A stretch of DNA of 63,784 nt, the filler included, from Octopus bimaculoides (taxonomy: Eukaryota): NCBI RefSeq assembly GCF_001194135.2. It is 4 parts of 4 records of this genome, joined end to end, with 100 filler letters (N's around TTAATTAATTAA, not from the genome) between each part and the next. Parts side by side here need not be neighbours in the genome. Positions count along the whole stretch, not along the records: positions 61,193 to 63,784 come from NW_026382489.1; 3 more parts are not named here. One strand, written 5' to 3'. The notes under the pieces were generated by a model that saw only the letters and a list, made by a program, of their open reading frames with translations, was not told the origin of the DNA and made no database searches. A program made the position numbers and the translations under genes. The stretch's first letter is position 1. Every line of letters starts with the position of its first letter. Below, piece by piece: positions 62,189 to 63,784 of the stretch.

Positions 62189-62967
62189 NNNNNNNNNNNN
62201 NNNNNNNNNNNNNNNNNNNNNNNNNNNNNNNNNNNNNNNNNNNNNNNNNNNNNNNNNNNNNNNNNNNNNNNNNNNNNNNNNNNNNNNNNNNNNNNNNNNN
62301 NNNNNNNNNNNNNNNNNNNNNNNNNNNNNNNNNNNNNNNNNNNNNNNNNNNNNNNNNNNNNNNNNNNNNNNNNNNNNNNNNNNNNNNNNNNNNNNNNNNN
62401 NNNNNNNNNNNNNNNNNNNNNNNNNNNNNNNNNNNNNNNNNNNNNNNNNNNNNNNNNNNNNNNNNNNNNNNNNNNNNNNNNNNNNNNNNNNNNNNNNNNN
62501 NNNNNNNNNNNNNNNNNNNNNNNNNNNNNNNNNNNNNNNNNNNNNNNNNNNNNNNNNNNNNNNNNNNNNNNNNNNNNNNNNNNNNNNNNNNNNNNNNNNN
62601 NNNNNNNNNNNNNNNNNNNNNNNNNNNNNNNNNNNNNNNNNNNNNNNNNNNNNNNNNNNNNNNNNNNNNNNNNNNNNNNNNNNNNNNNNNNNNNNNNNNN
62701 NNNNNNNNNNNNNNNNNNNNNNNNNNNNNNNNNNNNNNNNNNNNNNNNNNNNNNNNNNNNNNNNNNNNNNNNNNNNNNNNNNNNNNNNNNNNNNNNNNNN
62801 NNNNNNNNNNNNNNNNNNNNNNNNNNNNNNNNNNNNNNNNNNNNNNNNNNNNNNNNNNNNNNNNNNNNNNNNNNNNNNNNNNNNNNNNNNNNNNNNNNNN
62901 NNNNNNNNNNNNNNNNNNNNNNNNNNNNNNNNNNNNNNNNNNNNNNNNNNNNNNCGTTGTGATGATG

Positions 62968-63028
<61 letters not shown>

Positions 63029-63043
63029 CAACAATTATAATAA

Positions 63044-63248
63044 TGGTTTCAAATTTTGCCACAAGAGCTGAAATTTTGGGGAAGGGGATGAGTCGACTGC
63101 ATCGACCCCAGTGTTCAACTGGTACTTGTTTTATCGACCCCGAAAGGATGAAAGGCAAAGTCGACCTCGGTGGAATTTGAACTCAGAACGTAACGGCAGA
63201 CGAAATCCCGCTAAGCATTTCGCCCGGCGTGTTAAAATTCGCCGCCTT
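63044..63248 (-). mobile_element. SINE family A with (TTA)n tail
   Basis: Family A head, core and tail. Confidence 0.88.
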
Positions 63249-63784
63249 CATACCATGCCTGTTGAGGAAGCCAAACGTCAACTATGTGTCGAAGTATTGA
63301 ATCAAAAGGATCTAACTCTTTAAATCCAACCTTTTATTGCCACATAAACTCGATTTTTTAGAGGGGAGATAACCCTATTTTAAATGGCAATTTTTTAATG
63401 GGGGTGAGATAACCAAAAAGTACCGAATTTTTCTATGCCCTTAATTATAATTATATTATGCTTTCACCTTAATAGGTCTATTTTTATATGTAGGCCACTG
63501 ATAAGTTTTAAAAGAATATTTTATCTTTGATTATTATAATATGAAAACTTATATGTATATACATATATGTATGTACACATATATAAAAACATATATACAT
63601 TTATATGCCTGTGTCTGTATTTAGTCATGTGGGTTTAAGTTCATTTAGTCCCTACTAGCGGCACTTTCAGAAAATTACTTCTACGATGATTCCGGGTCGA
63701 CAAATGCCTTGTGAATGAATTTGGTAAACTGAAACTGCATGAAACTCCATCTAGTATGTATGTATGTATGCTTGTATATATATA

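Overview
AT-rich, microsatellite-dense, gap-rich animal DNA. The SINE, MITE and microsatellite content looks like an octopus genome (inference from recognised repeat types, no database search). Three 100-nt linkers (N44-TTAATTAATTAA-N44) split the window into four separately assembled pieces: 1-27541, 27642-39998, 40099-61092 and 61193-63784. I found no convincing host protein-coding exon, tRNA or rRNA, and nearly all ORF-track entries are microsatellite or N artefacts. The window is a transposon graveyard. It holds two Tx1/L1-type LINE 5' halves, fragments of RTE, CR1-like, I-group and R4/Dong-like LINEs, and mariner, Tc1/IS630-like and Tigger transposase relics. It also holds Merlin-, hAT-, mariner- and piggyBac-type MITEs, Penelope-type ends with hammerhead-like motifs, and four SINE families (A-D, my labels). 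The most interesting signal is an apparent set of sequence-specific Tx1-like retroelements that share a 3' end of hairpin + AATAAA(A)GAAAT. One version repeatedly abuts the A-box of SINE family A, where a Tx1 LINE is also inserted, suggesting a SINE-targeting LINE with a self-targeting partner SINE. One sits in (TATC)n and one in (CAT)n. Other signals: inverted repeat pairs whose mismatches favour G-U wobbles on the + strand, two palindromic MITEs with telomeric repeats, and a sharp switch from CpG-rich to CpG-depleted DNA near 35 kb.
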